45,051 bases of DNA from Vectrevirus T145P2, in the sequence record OZ035747.1. One strand, written 5' to 3'. Below the pieces are notes generated by a model. It worked only from the letters and a program-made list of their open reading frames with translations, searched no databases and was not told the origin of the DNA. Each line of letters begins with the position of its first letter. Positions within the stretch are counted from its first letter, which is position 1. The translations under genes were made by a program, and so were the position numbers. Shown here piece by piece: positions 34,463-44,902 of the stretch.

Positions 34463-36864
34463 TGGAAGTACAAGGTTCATTAGGTAGACAAATCCAAGGG
34501 ATTAGCCAGCAGCCGCCAGCGGTACGCTTGGATGGTCAGTGCACAGCTATGGTTAATATGATACCTGATGTAGTGAATGGTACTCAATCACGCATGGGTA
34601 CAACTCATATTGCAAAGATACTTGATGCGGGGACTGATGACATGGCCACTCATCATTATCGCAGAGGTGATGGTGATGAAGAGTATTTCTTCACGTTGAA
34701 GAAAGGACAAGTTCCTGAGATATTTGATAAGTATGGGCGCAAATGTAATGTGACTTCACAAGATGCACCTATGACCTACCTCTCTGAGGTTGTTAATCCA
34801 AGGGAAGATGTGCAATTCATGACGATAGCTGATGTTACTTTCATGCTTAATCGTAGGAAAGTAGTTAAAGCTAGTAACAGGAAGTCACCTAAAGTTGGAA
34901 ACAAAGCCATTGTGTTTTGTGCGTATGGTCAATATGGTACATCTTATTCCATTGTAATTAATGGGACCAACGCTGCTAGTTTTAAAACACCGGATGGTGG
35001 AAGTGCAGACCATGTTGAACAAATTCGAACTGAACGTATCACTTCTGAATTGTACGCTAAGTTGCAGCAATGGAGCGGTGTGAGTGACTATGAAATACAA
35101 AGAGACGGTACTAGTATATTTATCGAGAGACGGGATGGTGCTAGCTTTACAATAACAACCACCGATGGTGCAAAAGGTAAGGATTTAGTGGCTATCAAGA
35201 ATAAAGTTAGCTCTACTGACCTACTCCCTTCTCGTGCGCCTGCTGGTTATAAAGTGCAAGTGTGGCCTACTGGCAGCAAACCTGAGTCTCGTTACTGGCT
35301 GCAAGCTGAGCCTAAAGAGGGAAACCTTGTGTCTTGGAAAGAAACAATAGCTGCTGATGTATTACTTGGGTTTGATAAAGGCACAATGCCTTACATTATT
35401 GAACGTACAGGTATCATCGACGGCATAGCTCAATTCAAGATAAGACAAGGTGATTGGGAAGATCGTAAAGTAGGTGATGACTTGACTAACCCTATGCCTT
35501 CTTTTATTGATGAGGAAGTACCCCAGACAATAGGTGGAATGTTCATGGTGCAGAACCGCCTATGCTTTACAGCAGGTGAAGCGGTTATTGCTTCTCGTAC
35601 ATCATACTTCTTCGATTTCTTTCGTTATACGGTTATCTCTGCATTGGCAACTGACCCATTTGATATTTTCTCAGATGCTAGTGAAGTCTACCAGCTAAAA
35701 CATGCAGTGACCTTAGATGGCGCTACCGTGTTGTTCTCTGATAAGTCACAATTCATACTGCCAGGCGATAAGCCTTTAGAGAAGTCAAATGCACTGCTTA
35801 AGCCTGTTACAACATTTGAAGTGAACAATAAGGTGAAGCCAGTAGTAACTGGTGAATCGGTAATGTTTGCCACTAATGATGGTTCTTACTCTGGTGTACG
35901 AGAGTTCTATACAGACTCTTATAGTGACACTAAGAAGGCACAAGCAATCACAAGTCATGTGAATAAGCTTATCGAAGGTAACATTATCAACATGGCAGCA
36001 AGTACCAATGTCAACCGATTGCTTGTCACTACCGATAAATATCGTAACATAATTTACTGCTATGATTGGTTATGGCAAGGTACAGACCGTGTACAATCAG
36101 CATGGCATGTATGGGAGTGGCCTATGGGTACAAAGGTGCGAGGTATGTTTTATTCTGGTGAATTACTTTATCTACTCCTTGAGCGAGGCGATGGCGTCTA
36201 TCTGGAGAAGATGGACATGGGTGATGCACTAACCTATGGTTTGAATGACCGCATCAGAATGGATAGGCAAGCAGAGTTGATCTTCAAGCATTTTAAAGCA
36301 GAAGATGAATGGATATCTGAACCACTTCCTTGGACTCCTACTAACCCAGAACTTTTGGATTGCATCTTAATAGAAGGGTGGGATTCATATATTGGAGGTT
36401 CTTTCCTGTTCAAATATAACCCTAGTGATAACACCTTGTCTACAACCTTTGACATGCATGATGATAACCACGTAAAAGCGAAGGTTATTGTTGGTCAGAT
36501 TTACCCTCAAGAGTTTGAACCAACACCTGTAGTTATCAGAGATAGGCAAGACCGTGTATCCTATATTGATGTACCTGTTGTGGGGTTGGTTCACCTTAAT
36601 CTTGATATGTATCCTGATTTCTCCGTGGAAGTTAAGAATGTGAAGAGTGGTAAAGTACGCAGGGTGCTAGCGTCAAACCGTATAGGTGGTGCTCTCAACA
36701 ACACAGTAGGTTATGTTGAACCAAGGGAGGGTGTCTTCAGATTCCCACTGAGGGCTAAGAGCACGGATGCTGTTTATCGTATTATTGTAGAATCACCTCA
36801 TACATTCCAGCTTCGCGATATTGAGTGGGAAGGGAGCTACAATCCAACCAAAAGGAGGGTCTAA
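34462..36864 (+). CDS. tail tubular protein B (gp12-like)
   Basis: GGGAGGA then ATG 34462; 800 aa; N-terminal GISQQPP as in T7 gp12. Confidence 0.93.
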   Translation: MEVQGSLGRQIQGISQQPPAVRLDGQCTAMVNMIPDVVNGTQSRMGTTHIAKILDAGTDDMATHHYRRGDGDEEYFFTLKKGQVPEIFDKYGRKCNVTSQDAPMTYLSEVVNPREDVQFMTIADVTFMLNRRKVVKASNRKSPKVGNKAIVFCAYGQYGTSYSIVINGTNAASFKTPDGGSADHVEQIRTERITSELYAKLQQWSGVSDYEIQRDGTSIFIERRDGASFTITTTDGAKGKDLVAIKNKVSSTDLLPSRAPAGYKVQVWPTGSKPESRYWLQAEPKEGNLVSWKETIAADVLLGFDKGTMPYIIERTGIIDGIAQFKIRQGDWEDRKVGDDLTNPMPSFIDEEVPQTIGGMFMVQNRLCFTAGEAVIASRTSYFFDFFRYTVISALATDPFDIFSDASEVYQLKHAVTLDGATVLFSDKSQFILPGDKPLEKSNALLKPVTTFEVNNKVKPVVTGESVMFATNDGSYSGVREFYTDSYSDTKKAQAITSHVNKLIEGNIINMAASTNVNRLLVTTDKYRNIIYCYDWLWQGTDRVQSAWHVWEWPMGTKVRGMFYSGELLYLLLERGDGVYLEKMDMGDALTYGLNDRIRMDRQAELIFKHFKAEDEWISEPLPWTPTNPELLDCILIEGWDSYIGGSFLFKYNPSDNTLSTTFDMHDDNHVKAKVIVGQIYPQEFEPTPVVIRDRQDRVSYIDVPVVGLVHLNLDMYPDFSVEVKNVKSGKVRRVLASNRIGGALNNTVGYVEPREGVFRFPLRAKSTDAVYRIIVESPHTFQLRDIEWEGSYNPTKRRV

Positions 36865-37610
36865 TGGCTATAGGTTCAGCCGTTATGGCTGGTATGTCTT
36901 CTATTGGTAGTATGTTTGCAGGTAGCGGTGCAGCAGCCGCTGCTGGTGGTACTGCCGCAGCAGCAGGAGGGACAGCCGCCGCAGGTGGCGGAGGTTTGCT
37001 TGGCTCCCTTGGTAGTTTCTTAGGAGGTTCTTCTGCTGGCTTCTCTAATGCAGGACTGCTTAGTGCAGGTATGCAAGGTCTTGGTCTTCTAGGCAATCTT
37101 TTTGGTGGAAGTGATGAAGCCAAAGCTATGAAGAAAGCTCAGGAGGAGCAATGGCGGCAGCAGTTAATTGCTACACAAGAAGCATATAAGACAGTGGCAG
37201 ATGCAGAACGCTCTGCTGCTAAACAGTATCATGCGGATGCAATAAGCAATCAGGCTTCACTACTGCAGCAGAGAGCACAGGTTGCATTGCTTGCTGGTGC
37301 TACTGGTACTGGTGGTAGCTCTGTGTCTTCTATGCTGAATGACTTAGCAGCAGAAGGCGGAAGGAACCAGAGTACAATTATCGATAACTATGAGAATCAG
37401 AAGATTAACTTCACAAACCAGCTTAAGTCCATCCAACGTGGTGGTCAGATGCAGATGCGTGAGTTTAAGAAACCTTCTGCCGTGAGCACCTTGGTGCAAG
37501 GTATACCGAGTCTGGCATCTGCCTATGTAACAGGTAGTAAGTCCGGCATGGCTTTAGGTAAAGCTTTAACTGATTCTCGTACCTATTCATCTGGAACAAG
37601 AGGTATTTAA
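36864..37610 (+). CDS. internal virion protein A (Gly/Ala-rich N-terminus)
   Basis: AAAGGAGGG then ATG 36864; 248 aa. Confidence 0.75.
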   Translation: MAIGSAVMAGMSSIGSMFAGSGAAAAAGGTAAAAGGTAAAGGGGLLGSLGSFLGGSSAGFSNAGLLSAGMQGLGLLGNLFGGSDEAKAMKKAQEEQWRQQLIATQEAYKTVADAERSAAKQYHADAISNQASLLQQRAQVALLAGATGTGGSSVSSMLNDLAAEGGRNQSTIIDNYENQKINFTNQLKSIQRGGQMQMREFKKPSAVSTLVQGIPSLASAYVTGSKSGMALGKALTDSRTYSSGTRGI

Positions 37611-40558
37611 TGGCAATTGAGCGACAAGCAGTACAAGGTCTGCCACAAGTGCAGGCCACTTCTCCTAATGTCATGACCTTTGCACCTCAGCGAGTTGGAG
37701 GTGTGGAGGCTGGCGTAGCTTCTACCTCCGGTAGTCGATTTATCGAAGACCTTATTCGAGCAGCCAGTAGTGTAGCTGATGTAACCACTGGTATCCTTAA
37801 TCAAAAGATTGAGGAAGATAAGGTTGTTCAAATGGAACGGGCATATAACGGATTAATGCCTTCTGAGGATGCAACTCGTGGTGGCGCTCGTGCTAACATG
37901 CTTGTCAAAGCTCAACTGCTAGCTAATGATGAAGCAGCACGAATGAAAGACATGGCTACTCGTTTCCAAGGAACGGATGACGAGTGGACACAGCTTATGG
38001 TTGACTCTCGTAATGAGATGCAGAATAAGCTGTTCCAGCAATACCCTGAGTTGCAAGGTGACAAAGATACTATGCGTATGGTCACTAATGTCTTCCAAGA
38101 ACAGCAGCCTCAGATTTGGGCTACACGAACCCAGCATAAACTTGACCGTGAACAAGCAGACCGTGAGGATACCTTTGACGGGCGAGTGGCTTCTACTTGG
38201 GATTCTAATATTGACCCTGAAGCCTCTGGATATGCTTTACAGGAACGGATCCGCGAAGGTCTTACTCAAGGATTACTACCTGAACAGATGCACAAGAAGT
38301 TAGTCCAGCGAGCAATTTCACTTGCACAAGGCGGTGATGTTAGCATGGCTGAAGCCCTGAAGTATGTGAAGGACGATAAGGGTGTTTCTGTTTATGCTAA
38401 GAATCCACAGCTTATCACAGCCATCACTAGTGGTAATGCAGTTTGGGCTAGGAATAATGTAGCTGATGTAACTCGTATGTCTTTCGAAGTTAAAGAATCA
38501 TACCTTGCAGGCGATTTAACTGATGAAGAATTGTTGGAACGAGCACAGCACATTAATAATCTGACAGGTAACTCTGTCTTCTCTAACCCAGAACTAGAGG
38601 CACTGATGCGCCAACGAGCTAAGCAGAATGCAGAGCTAGGTGCAATGCAGGATATGCGCCGTGAGCTTTACTCCGACCGCCTGACTGGCTTCCAAGGTAA
38701 GACTGATAAAGAGAAGAAGGCTTACATTGATGTTATCAAACAAGATAGCCAACTTTATGCAGACCAGCAAATCAAACAACGTGGCTTGGACCCTTACAGT
38801 CAAGAGGCTGAAGCTATTCGTGGTGCAGTGGAAGTGCAGCGCCTACAATTCATGAACTCCAAAGGCTTAGTGGATGATACCTTTGAGTCTCGTATCAAAG
38901 CCATGGAATCTATGCTATCGCCTGAGCACTTTGCCAAGGGCGAACCACAAGAGTTGATGACTATTCGCCAGTTGTGGGAACAGTTGCCAGAAGAGAGCCG
39001 AGGTGTCTTTGGTGACACGGTGAATGGCTACATGGATAACTACAACACTGCACTACAAATGGGGGAGACACCTTTGCAGGCTGCAAGGTTTGCGCGTAAA
39101 GCACAGCAGAAATTCTCTCGTACTGAGAAGGAAACCAAGAAGTTCAACTCAGCTATTGGAGATGCACTGGATGAGGTATCTGGTGCTGGCTGGTTTGATG
39201 GTAAAACCGAAGTGTCAGACTTAGGTAAAGCTATTGCGGAAGAAGAGTTACGAGCTAAGGCCAATATGTTGTGGTCTAGTGGTATGCGTAACATGGATTC
39301 CATCAAGAAGGCTTTAATTACTTGGGGCAATAAACGCTACACTCAATCAGAGGATGCAAAGACTTCCGGTGGCTATTTCATTAAAGGTGATTACACTTCT
39401 GCATCTGATATGCTTATGTCAGTTGGGAAAGGCGTAAACCCTACCGATGTACCTCTGGCGCTTGGTAGGTATGTAGAAACACAGATGCCAGAATTGAAGA
39501 AGGAGCTTCAAGAGGGGGAAACTAAAGATGATATATACATTGATTACAATGAACAGAAAGGTACTTTCGTGATTCGTGCTGGTGCAGCAGGTCGCCCTCT
39601 TTCTGGGGTAATCCCTGTAACCTCTTTAGATACCACTTCACTACTAGATTCTGCCTACCAGAAGAAAGTAGAGGAACGAGATAAAGGCGAGTATGTTCAC
39701 CCGTATCGTACAGGTATTGGTGCACAAGAGCCTATGCCAGCTAAACCAACTGCCAAAGATATTGGTAAATTTGGACTAGCTAACTTCCTCATGTCTTCTG
39801 CTTTTGCTTCTGGTGAGAATCTGCCTTCTAACTTCGAGATTAACTATCGAGGTAATATGCAACAATTCTATGACAAGCTAGCTATGGATGAGAATAAAGA
39901 TAAAGTTGGCTTTAATAAGGCAACTGGAACCTTTACTCCATATAAAGACGCTCACGGTGAGTCTATCGGTTACGGTCATTTCTTAACGGAAGAAGAGAAG
40001 CGAAACGGGTATATTAAGATTGGCGATGAACTAGTTCCCTATCGAGGGTCTATGTCTCAGCTTACAGAGAGCAAGGCTCGCGCTCTTATGGAGCAAGATG
40101 CTAAGAAGCATGTGCCTCCTACTCGTGACTGGAAGATTCCGTTTGACCAGATGCATCCTGCACAGCAACGTGGCTTAATGGATTTAACCTACAATTTAGG
40201 TAAAGGTGGAATCCAGAACTCACCGCGTGCTCTTGCTGCATTCAAAGCTGGTAAGCTTACGGAGGGTTTTATCGAAATGCTGGGCACTGCATCAAGTGAA
40301 GGTAAGCGTATTCCTGGCCTACTGAAGCGACGCGCTGAGGCATACAATATGGCATCTGCTGGTGGTGTGCCTAAGATTACCGAAGTGGAGACTCGTGAAG
40401 ATGGCTCCATGTGGGTTAGGTTTGGTGGACCTATGCCAGCAGGTTCTGTCTCGGCATGGACTCATAAACGTATTGGCGCGGATGGCTGGTATCAGGTTTA
40501 TGAGGCTGCACCTACAAAGTTAGCTAAAGGTTCTAAGGTAGGTAAAGTTAAGTTGTAG
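37610..40558 (+). CDS. internal virion protein B with C-terminal lysozyme-like (GH24-type) domain
   Basis: 982 aa; HGESIGYGHF ... LMDLTYNLGKGG near 39900-40380 resembles phage lysozyme motifs. Confidence 0.85.
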   Translation: MAIERQAVQGLPQVQATSPNVMTFAPQRVGGVEAGVASTSGSRFIEDLIRAASSVADVTTGILNQKIEEDKVVQMERAYNGLMPSEDATRGGARANMLVKAQLLANDEAARMKDMATRFQGTDDEWTQLMVDSRNEMQNKLFQQYPELQGDKDTMRMVTNVFQEQQPQIWATRTQHKLDREQADREDTFDGRVASTWDSNIDPEASGYALQERIREGLTQGLLPEQMHKKLVQRAISLAQGGDVSMAEALKYVKDDKGVSVYAKNPQLITAITSGNAVWARNNVADVTRMSFEVKESYLAGDLTDEELLERAQHINNLTGNSVFSNPELEALMRQRAKQNAELGAMQDMRRELYSDRLTGFQGKTDKEKKAYIDVIKQDSQLYADQQIKQRGLDPYSQEAEAIRGAVEVQRLQFMNSKGLVDDTFESRIKAMESMLSPEHFAKGEPQELMTIRQLWEQLPEESRGVFGDTVNGYMDNYNTALQMGETPLQAARFARKAQQKFSRTEKETKKFNSAIGDALDEVSGAGWFDGKTEVSDLGKAIAEEELRAKANMLWSSGMRNMDSIKKALITWGNKRYTQSEDAKTSGGYFIKGDYTSASDMLMSVGKGVNPTDVPLALGRYVETQMPELKKELQEGETKDDIYIDYNEQKGTFVIRAGAAGRPLSGVIPVTSLDTTSLLDSAYQKKVEERDKGEYVHPYRTGIGAQEPMPAKPTAKDIGKFGLANFLMSSAFASGENLPSNFEINYRGNMQQFYDKLAMDENKDKVGFNKATGTFTPYKDAHGESIGYGHFLTEEEKRNGYIKIGDELVPYRGSMSQLTESKARALMEQDAKKHVPPTRDWKIPFDQMHPAQQRGLMDLTYNLGKGGIQNSPRALAAFKAGKLTEGFIEMLGTASSEGKRIPGLLKRRAEAYNMASAGGVPKITEVETREDGSMWVRFGGPMPAGSVSAWTHKRIGADGWYQVYEAAPTKLAKGSKVGKVKL

Positions 40559-40575
40559 TACCTAACTCAAGGCTT

Positions 40576-40591
40576 GTCTCACATGTGAGAC
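40576..40591. repeat. 16-bp palindrome GTCTCACATGTGAGAC, copy 5
   Basis: Same extended context GCTTGTCTCACATGTGAGACAGG as copy 3. Confidence 0.8.
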
Positions 40592-40622
40592 AGGTCTTTA
40601 TGATAGGCACTATGGAGGAATT

Positions 40623-43600
40623 ATGGAACAAGACATTAAGACGAATTGGGCTGGATATGTCCAGTCTACTCCTGAGCCGTTTTCTATTGAGGCGGCTCCG
40701 GTATCGGCTCCTACGATACGCCAGCGTAATGAGTTACAAGAGCAAGTTCTTGAAGCTAAAGCTGACGCTGATATTTTAGGTGCTGTAGGTGCTGCCTTCC
40801 AGAATGAGTGGTTGGCATTCGGAGGCAAGCGGTGGTATGACCGTGCCACTGCTGATTTCACACCTCAACCAGACTTTGAGATACAACCTGAGCAACGTGA
40901 AGCACTACGTTTCAAATATGGTACGGATATGATGCAGACAATCACTGAGGGTGTTCGTTCTGAGGATGAATTGAACTTCCGTATTCAGAATGCTGATGAA
41001 GACCTTGAGCGCAATAAGCGCATTGCTCAGGCTGGCTGGGTTGGCTCTGTGGCGACGATTGGCGCTGCTGTGCTTGACCCTGTGGGATGGGTTGCCTCTA
41101 TTCCAACCGGTGGTGCCGCTAAAGTTGGGCTCGTAGGCCGTGCTGTGCGTGGCGCTATCGCCGCTGGCGTGAGTAATGCCGCTATTGAATCCGTATTGGT
41201 CCAAGGTGACATGACTCGTGATTTGGATGACATTATGGTAGCACTAGGTTCCGGTATGGCGATGGGTGGCGTTATTGGCGCTGTAGCGCGTGGTAGGGCC
41301 ACTAAGCTCAGTGAGCAAGGGGATGACAGGGCTGCGAGCATTGTGCGCAGTGCAGACGCAGGGGACCGCTATGTGCGTGCTGTTGCTGATGATAGTATCG
41401 GTGCGATGCGTGTTAAGGGTGAAGAGGTACTCACGGAGGGTGCATTTGATGTCTCTAGCAAAGGTGAAGATTTGCTGAAAACCCTACAGCGGGAAGGTAA
41501 TGCAATTGATATGACCCCTCGCCGCTGGGCCGGAACTCTGTCTGCCCTTGGTACTGTCGTACATTCCTCTCAGGATGCAAGTGTACGCGGCCTTGGTGCT
41601 CGCCTGTTTGAGTCCCCCCAAGGCTTAGGTATGCAGAAGGCATCTGCTAGTCTCATGCAGAATACTAACTTGAACCGTCTGAAATCTGCTGATATGAACC
41701 GTTTCAATGACGGGTTTGACTTATGGCTCAAAGAAAATAATATCAATCCAGTTTCAGGCCATACTAACTCTCACTATGTGCAGCAATATAATGAGAAGGT
41801 ATGGGAAGCTGTACGCATCGGTATGGATGAGTCTACGCCTAAGTCTATCCGTATGGCAGCAGAGGGGCAGCAAGCTATGTATCGTGAAGCATTAGCATTA
41901 CGTCAACGCTCTGGTGAAGCTGGGTTTGAAAAGGTTAAAGCAGATGATAAGTACATGCCTGATATTTTTGACAGTATGAAGGCTCGTCGTCAATTCAGTA
42001 TGCACGATAAAGAGGACATCATTGAGTTATTCTCTCGTGCATACCAGAATGGTTCTCGTAAGGTTCCAAAGGAAGTGGCTGATGATATTGCACGAGCACA
42101 AGTAAACCGCGTTGCTGATGCCACCTTGACCGGACAGCTTAGCTTTGAAAAGGCTATGTCTGGTCAAACCAAAGCAGAATATGAAGCACTCATGCGCAAA
42201 GCAGGCTTTAGTGATGAAGAGATTGAAAAGATGGTAGAAGCTCTGGATAATAAAGAAACCAGAGATAATATCTCTAACCGAGCTAAGATGAGTTTAGGCT
42301 TAGATGTTACTCAAGAGTACAATGGTATTCGTATTCGTGACTTTATGAACACTAACGTGGAAGAGTTAACAGATAACTACATGAAGGAAGCGGCAGGTGG
42401 TGCTGCCTTGGCTCGTCAAGGTTTCTCTACCTATCAGGCTGCACTTAATGCAATTGATCTTGTAGAGCGAAATGCACGAAATGCAGCTAAAGATACAAAA
42501 GCACACGCACAATTTGAAGCGGAGTCGGCTAAGATCCGTCAATCAGAGCCTGATTACAAGAAGGCACAAGAGAAGATTGAAGAGTTAAAGAAGCGACTTA
42601 AATTGAAAGAGAAAGATGAAGCAGCAGGTCTGGCTATTGATGAAGAAATCCGTCAGATGCGAGAGGGGCTTCGCTTGATTATGGGTAAATCTATCGATTC
42701 AAACCCACAAGATTTGTCTACTAAAATGCTGCGTCGTGGGCGTGACATTACAGGCGTACTTCGCTTAGGTCAGATGGGCTTCGCACAGCTAGGTGAACTT
42801 GCTAACTTCATGGGTGAGTTTGGTATTGCTGCCACCACTATGGCTTTAGGTAAGCAATTCCGCTTCACCTCTAAGGCGTTGCGTAATGGCGATGGCTTCT
42901 TTCGAGATAAGAATTTAGCTGAGGTTGAGCGAATGGTAGGTTACATTGGTGAAGACAACTGGCTAACAACTAAGGGTGCGCGTCCAGATGAGTTTGGTGA
43001 TGTAACCACAGTGCGAGGTATGATGGCCCATTTTGACCAGTCCATGAACTCTATACGACGTGCTCAGACAAACCTATCCCTCTTCCGCATGGCACAGGGT
43101 TCTCTGGAGCGAATGACCAATAGGCAAATAGCTTTGTCTTTCATTGACCACCTTGAAGGCAAGAAGATTATTCCTCAGAAGAAACTGGAGGAACTTGGTC
43201 TTACTCAGGAGTTCATGACTAACCTACAGAAGCACTATGATGCTAACTCTAAAGGTTCTGGCTTGCTTGGCTTTGATACAATGCCTTATGACATGGGTGA
43301 AACTTTAGCTAATGCTATTCGTCGTAAGTCAGGTCTAATTATCCAACGTAACTTCATTGGTGATGAAGGTATCTGGATGAACAAAGCACTAGGTAAGACA
43401 TTTGCACAGCTTAAGTCGTTCTCTCTTGTATCTGGTGAGAAGCAATTTGGTCGAGGGATTCGCCACGATAAAATTGGTCTTGCTAAGAAGACAGCTTACG
43501 GTTTTGCTTTGGGTTCAATAGTGTATGCGGCAAAAGCCTATGTGAACTCTATTGGTCGAGAAGACCAAGATGAATATTTGGAAGAGAAGTTATCGCCTAA

Positions 43601-43931
43601 AGGGTTGGCCTTTGGTGCAATGGGTATGATGAGTACAACTGCTGTATTTAGTCTAGGTGGAGATTTCTTAGGTGGCCTAGGTGTTCTACCTTCTGAGTTA
43701 GTACAATCCCGTTATGAGGCTGGCTTTCAGACTAAGGGTTTGATAGACCAAATACCACTAGTAGGTGTTGGTCAAGATGCATATCGTTTAGCAGATTCTA
43801 TAACTAGATACGCAGAGGGTGATACAGAAGGTGTAGATGTGGCACGTAGGGCTTTACGCTTAGTGCCTCTAGCTAATGTAATAGGAATCCAGAACGCATT
43901 GCGTTATGGCTTAGATGAACTGGAGGATTAA
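40623..43931 (+). CDS. internal virion protein C (gp16-like, 1102 aa)
   Basis: Size and position; GGAGG upstream. Confidence 0.85.
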   Translation: MEQDIKTNWAGYVQSTPEPFSIEAAPVSAPTIRQRNELQEQVLEAKADADILGAVGAAFQNEWLAFGGKRWYDRATADFTPQPDFEIQPEQREALRFKYGTDMMQTITEGVRSEDELNFRIQNADEDLERNKRIAQAGWVGSVATIGAAVLDPVGWVASIPTGGAAKVGLVGRAVRGAIAAGVSNAAIESVLVQGDMTRDLDDIMVALGSGMAMGGVIGAVARGRATKLSEQGDDRAASIVRSADAGDRYVRAVADDSIGAMRVKGEEVLTEGAFDVSSKGEDLLKTLQREGNAIDMTPRRWAGTLSALGTVVHSSQDASVRGLGARLFESPQGLGMQKASASLMQNTNLNRLKSADMNRFNDGFDLWLKENNINPVSGHTNSHYVQQYNEKVWEAVRIGMDESTPKSIRMAAEGQQAMYREALALRQRSGEAGFEKVKADDKYMPDIFDSMKARRQFSMHDKEDIIELFSRAYQNGSRKVPKEVADDIARAQVNRVADATLTGQLSFEKAMSGQTKAEYEALMRKAGFSDEEIEKMVEALDNKETRDNISNRAKMSLGLDVTQEYNGIRIRDFMNTNVEELTDNYMKEAAGGAALARQGFSTYQAALNAIDLVERNARNAAKDTKAHAQFEAESAKIRQSEPDYKKAQEKIEELKKRLKLKEKDEAAGLAIDEEIRQMREGLRLIMGKSIDSNPQDLSTKMLRRGRDITGVLRLGQMGFAQLGELANFMGEFGIAATTMALGKQFRFTSKALRNGDGFFRDKNLAEVERMVGYIGEDNWLTTKGARPDEFGDVTTVRGMMAHFDQSMNSIRRAQTNLSLFRMAQGSLERMTNRQIALSFIDHLEGKKIIPQKKLEELGLTQEFMTNLQKHYDANSKGSGLLGFDTMPYDMGETLANAIRRKSGLIIQRNFIGDEGIWMNKALGKTFAQLKSFSLVSGEKQFGRGIRHDKIGLAKKTAYGFALGSIVYAAKAYVNSIGREDQDEYLEEKLSPKGLAFGAMGMMSTTAVFSLGGDFLGGLGVLPSELVQSRYEAGFQTKGLIDQIPLVGVGQDAYRLADSITRYAEGDTEGVDVARRALRLVPLANVIGIQNALRYGLDELED

Positions 43932-44893
43932 TGAGTTATACTTTCACAGAACATATAGCCAACGGTACGCAAGTAACCTATCCCTTTAGCTTTGCTGGTA
44001 GGGATAAAGGTTATCTTCGTGCCTCAGATGTGATAGTGGAGTCTCTTCAAGGTAACACTTGGATTGAGGTTACATCTGGCTGGCAACTAACTGGCACGCA
44101 CCAGATTACTTTTGATGTAGCACCAGTTGCAGGTTTGAAGTTCCGTATTCGAAGGGAAGTACAAAAGGAGTATCCATACGCTGAGTTTGACCGTGGTGTT
44201 ACCTTGGATATGAAGTCTTTAAATGGTTCTTTCATTCATATACTGGAGATTACACAGGAGTTACTTGACGGGTTTTATCCAGAAGGATACTTCATTAAAC
44301 AGAATGTAAGCTGGGGCGGCAATAAGATTACTGATTTGGCTGATGGCACAAATCCTGGAGATGCAGTAAATAAAGGGCAGCTTGATGCCATCGACAAGAA
44401 GCATACAGATTGGAACGCCAAACAGGACATTGAGATTGCTGGCCTTAAGGCTGGTATGACCTCTGGTATTGCGCACAGAACTGTTCCTTGGTACACGATA
44501 GCCCAAGGTGGTGAGATTTCCGTAAAACCACCTTATGAATTTCAAGATGCACTAGTTTTCCTTAATGGGGTATTGCAGCACCAAATTGTAGGCGCATACT
44601 CTATAAGCAACAACACTATCACTTTCGCAGAGCCGCTTGTGGCGGGTACAGAGGTGTATGTGCTGATTGGTAGTCGTGTGGCTACATCTGAACCTAATAT
44701 TCAGTTAGAGTTGAACTTTGACTTAGTAGAAGGACAACAAGTAGTACAGATTGGCTCTGCATTTAAGTACATTGAGGTCTACCTTGATGGATTATTACAA
44801 CCTAAACTTGCTTATCAGGTAGACGGTGACATTGTTACTTTCTCAGAAAGAGTACCAGAATGCCGGATGACTGCTAAGATTATCACAGCATAA
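43931..44893 (+). CDS. tail fibre adaptor protein (T7 gp17 N-terminal domain-like, no receptor-binding domain)
   Basis: 320 aa; resembles the N-terminal tail-attachment part of T7 gp17 only. Confidence 0.85.
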   Translation: MSYTFTEHIANGTQVTYPFSFAGRDKGYLRASDVIVESLQGNTWIEVTSGWQLTGTHQITFDVAPVAGLKFRIRREVQKEYPYAEFDRGVTLDMKSLNGSFIHILEITQELLDGFYPEGYFIKQNVSWGGNKITDLADGTNPGDAVNKGQLDAIDKKHTDWNAKQDIEIAGLKAGMTSGIAHRTVPWYTIAQGGEISVKPPYEFQDALVFLNGVLQHQIVGAYSISNNTITFAEPLVAGTEVYVLIGSRVATSEPNIQLELNFDLVEGQQVVQIGSAFKYIEVYLDGLLQPKLAYQVDGDIVTFSERVPECRMTAKIITA

Positions 44894-44902
44894 GGGGGTG
44901 GG

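Noticed and set aside
1678-44545. All other minus-strand ORFs in the track (for example 1739..2236, 11955..12488, 31651..32142, 32870..33592, 36782..37123)
   Set aside because: Each is fully embedded opposite a well-supported + strand gene, many are low-complexity mirror images, and none has a convincing start context; treated as chance ORFs
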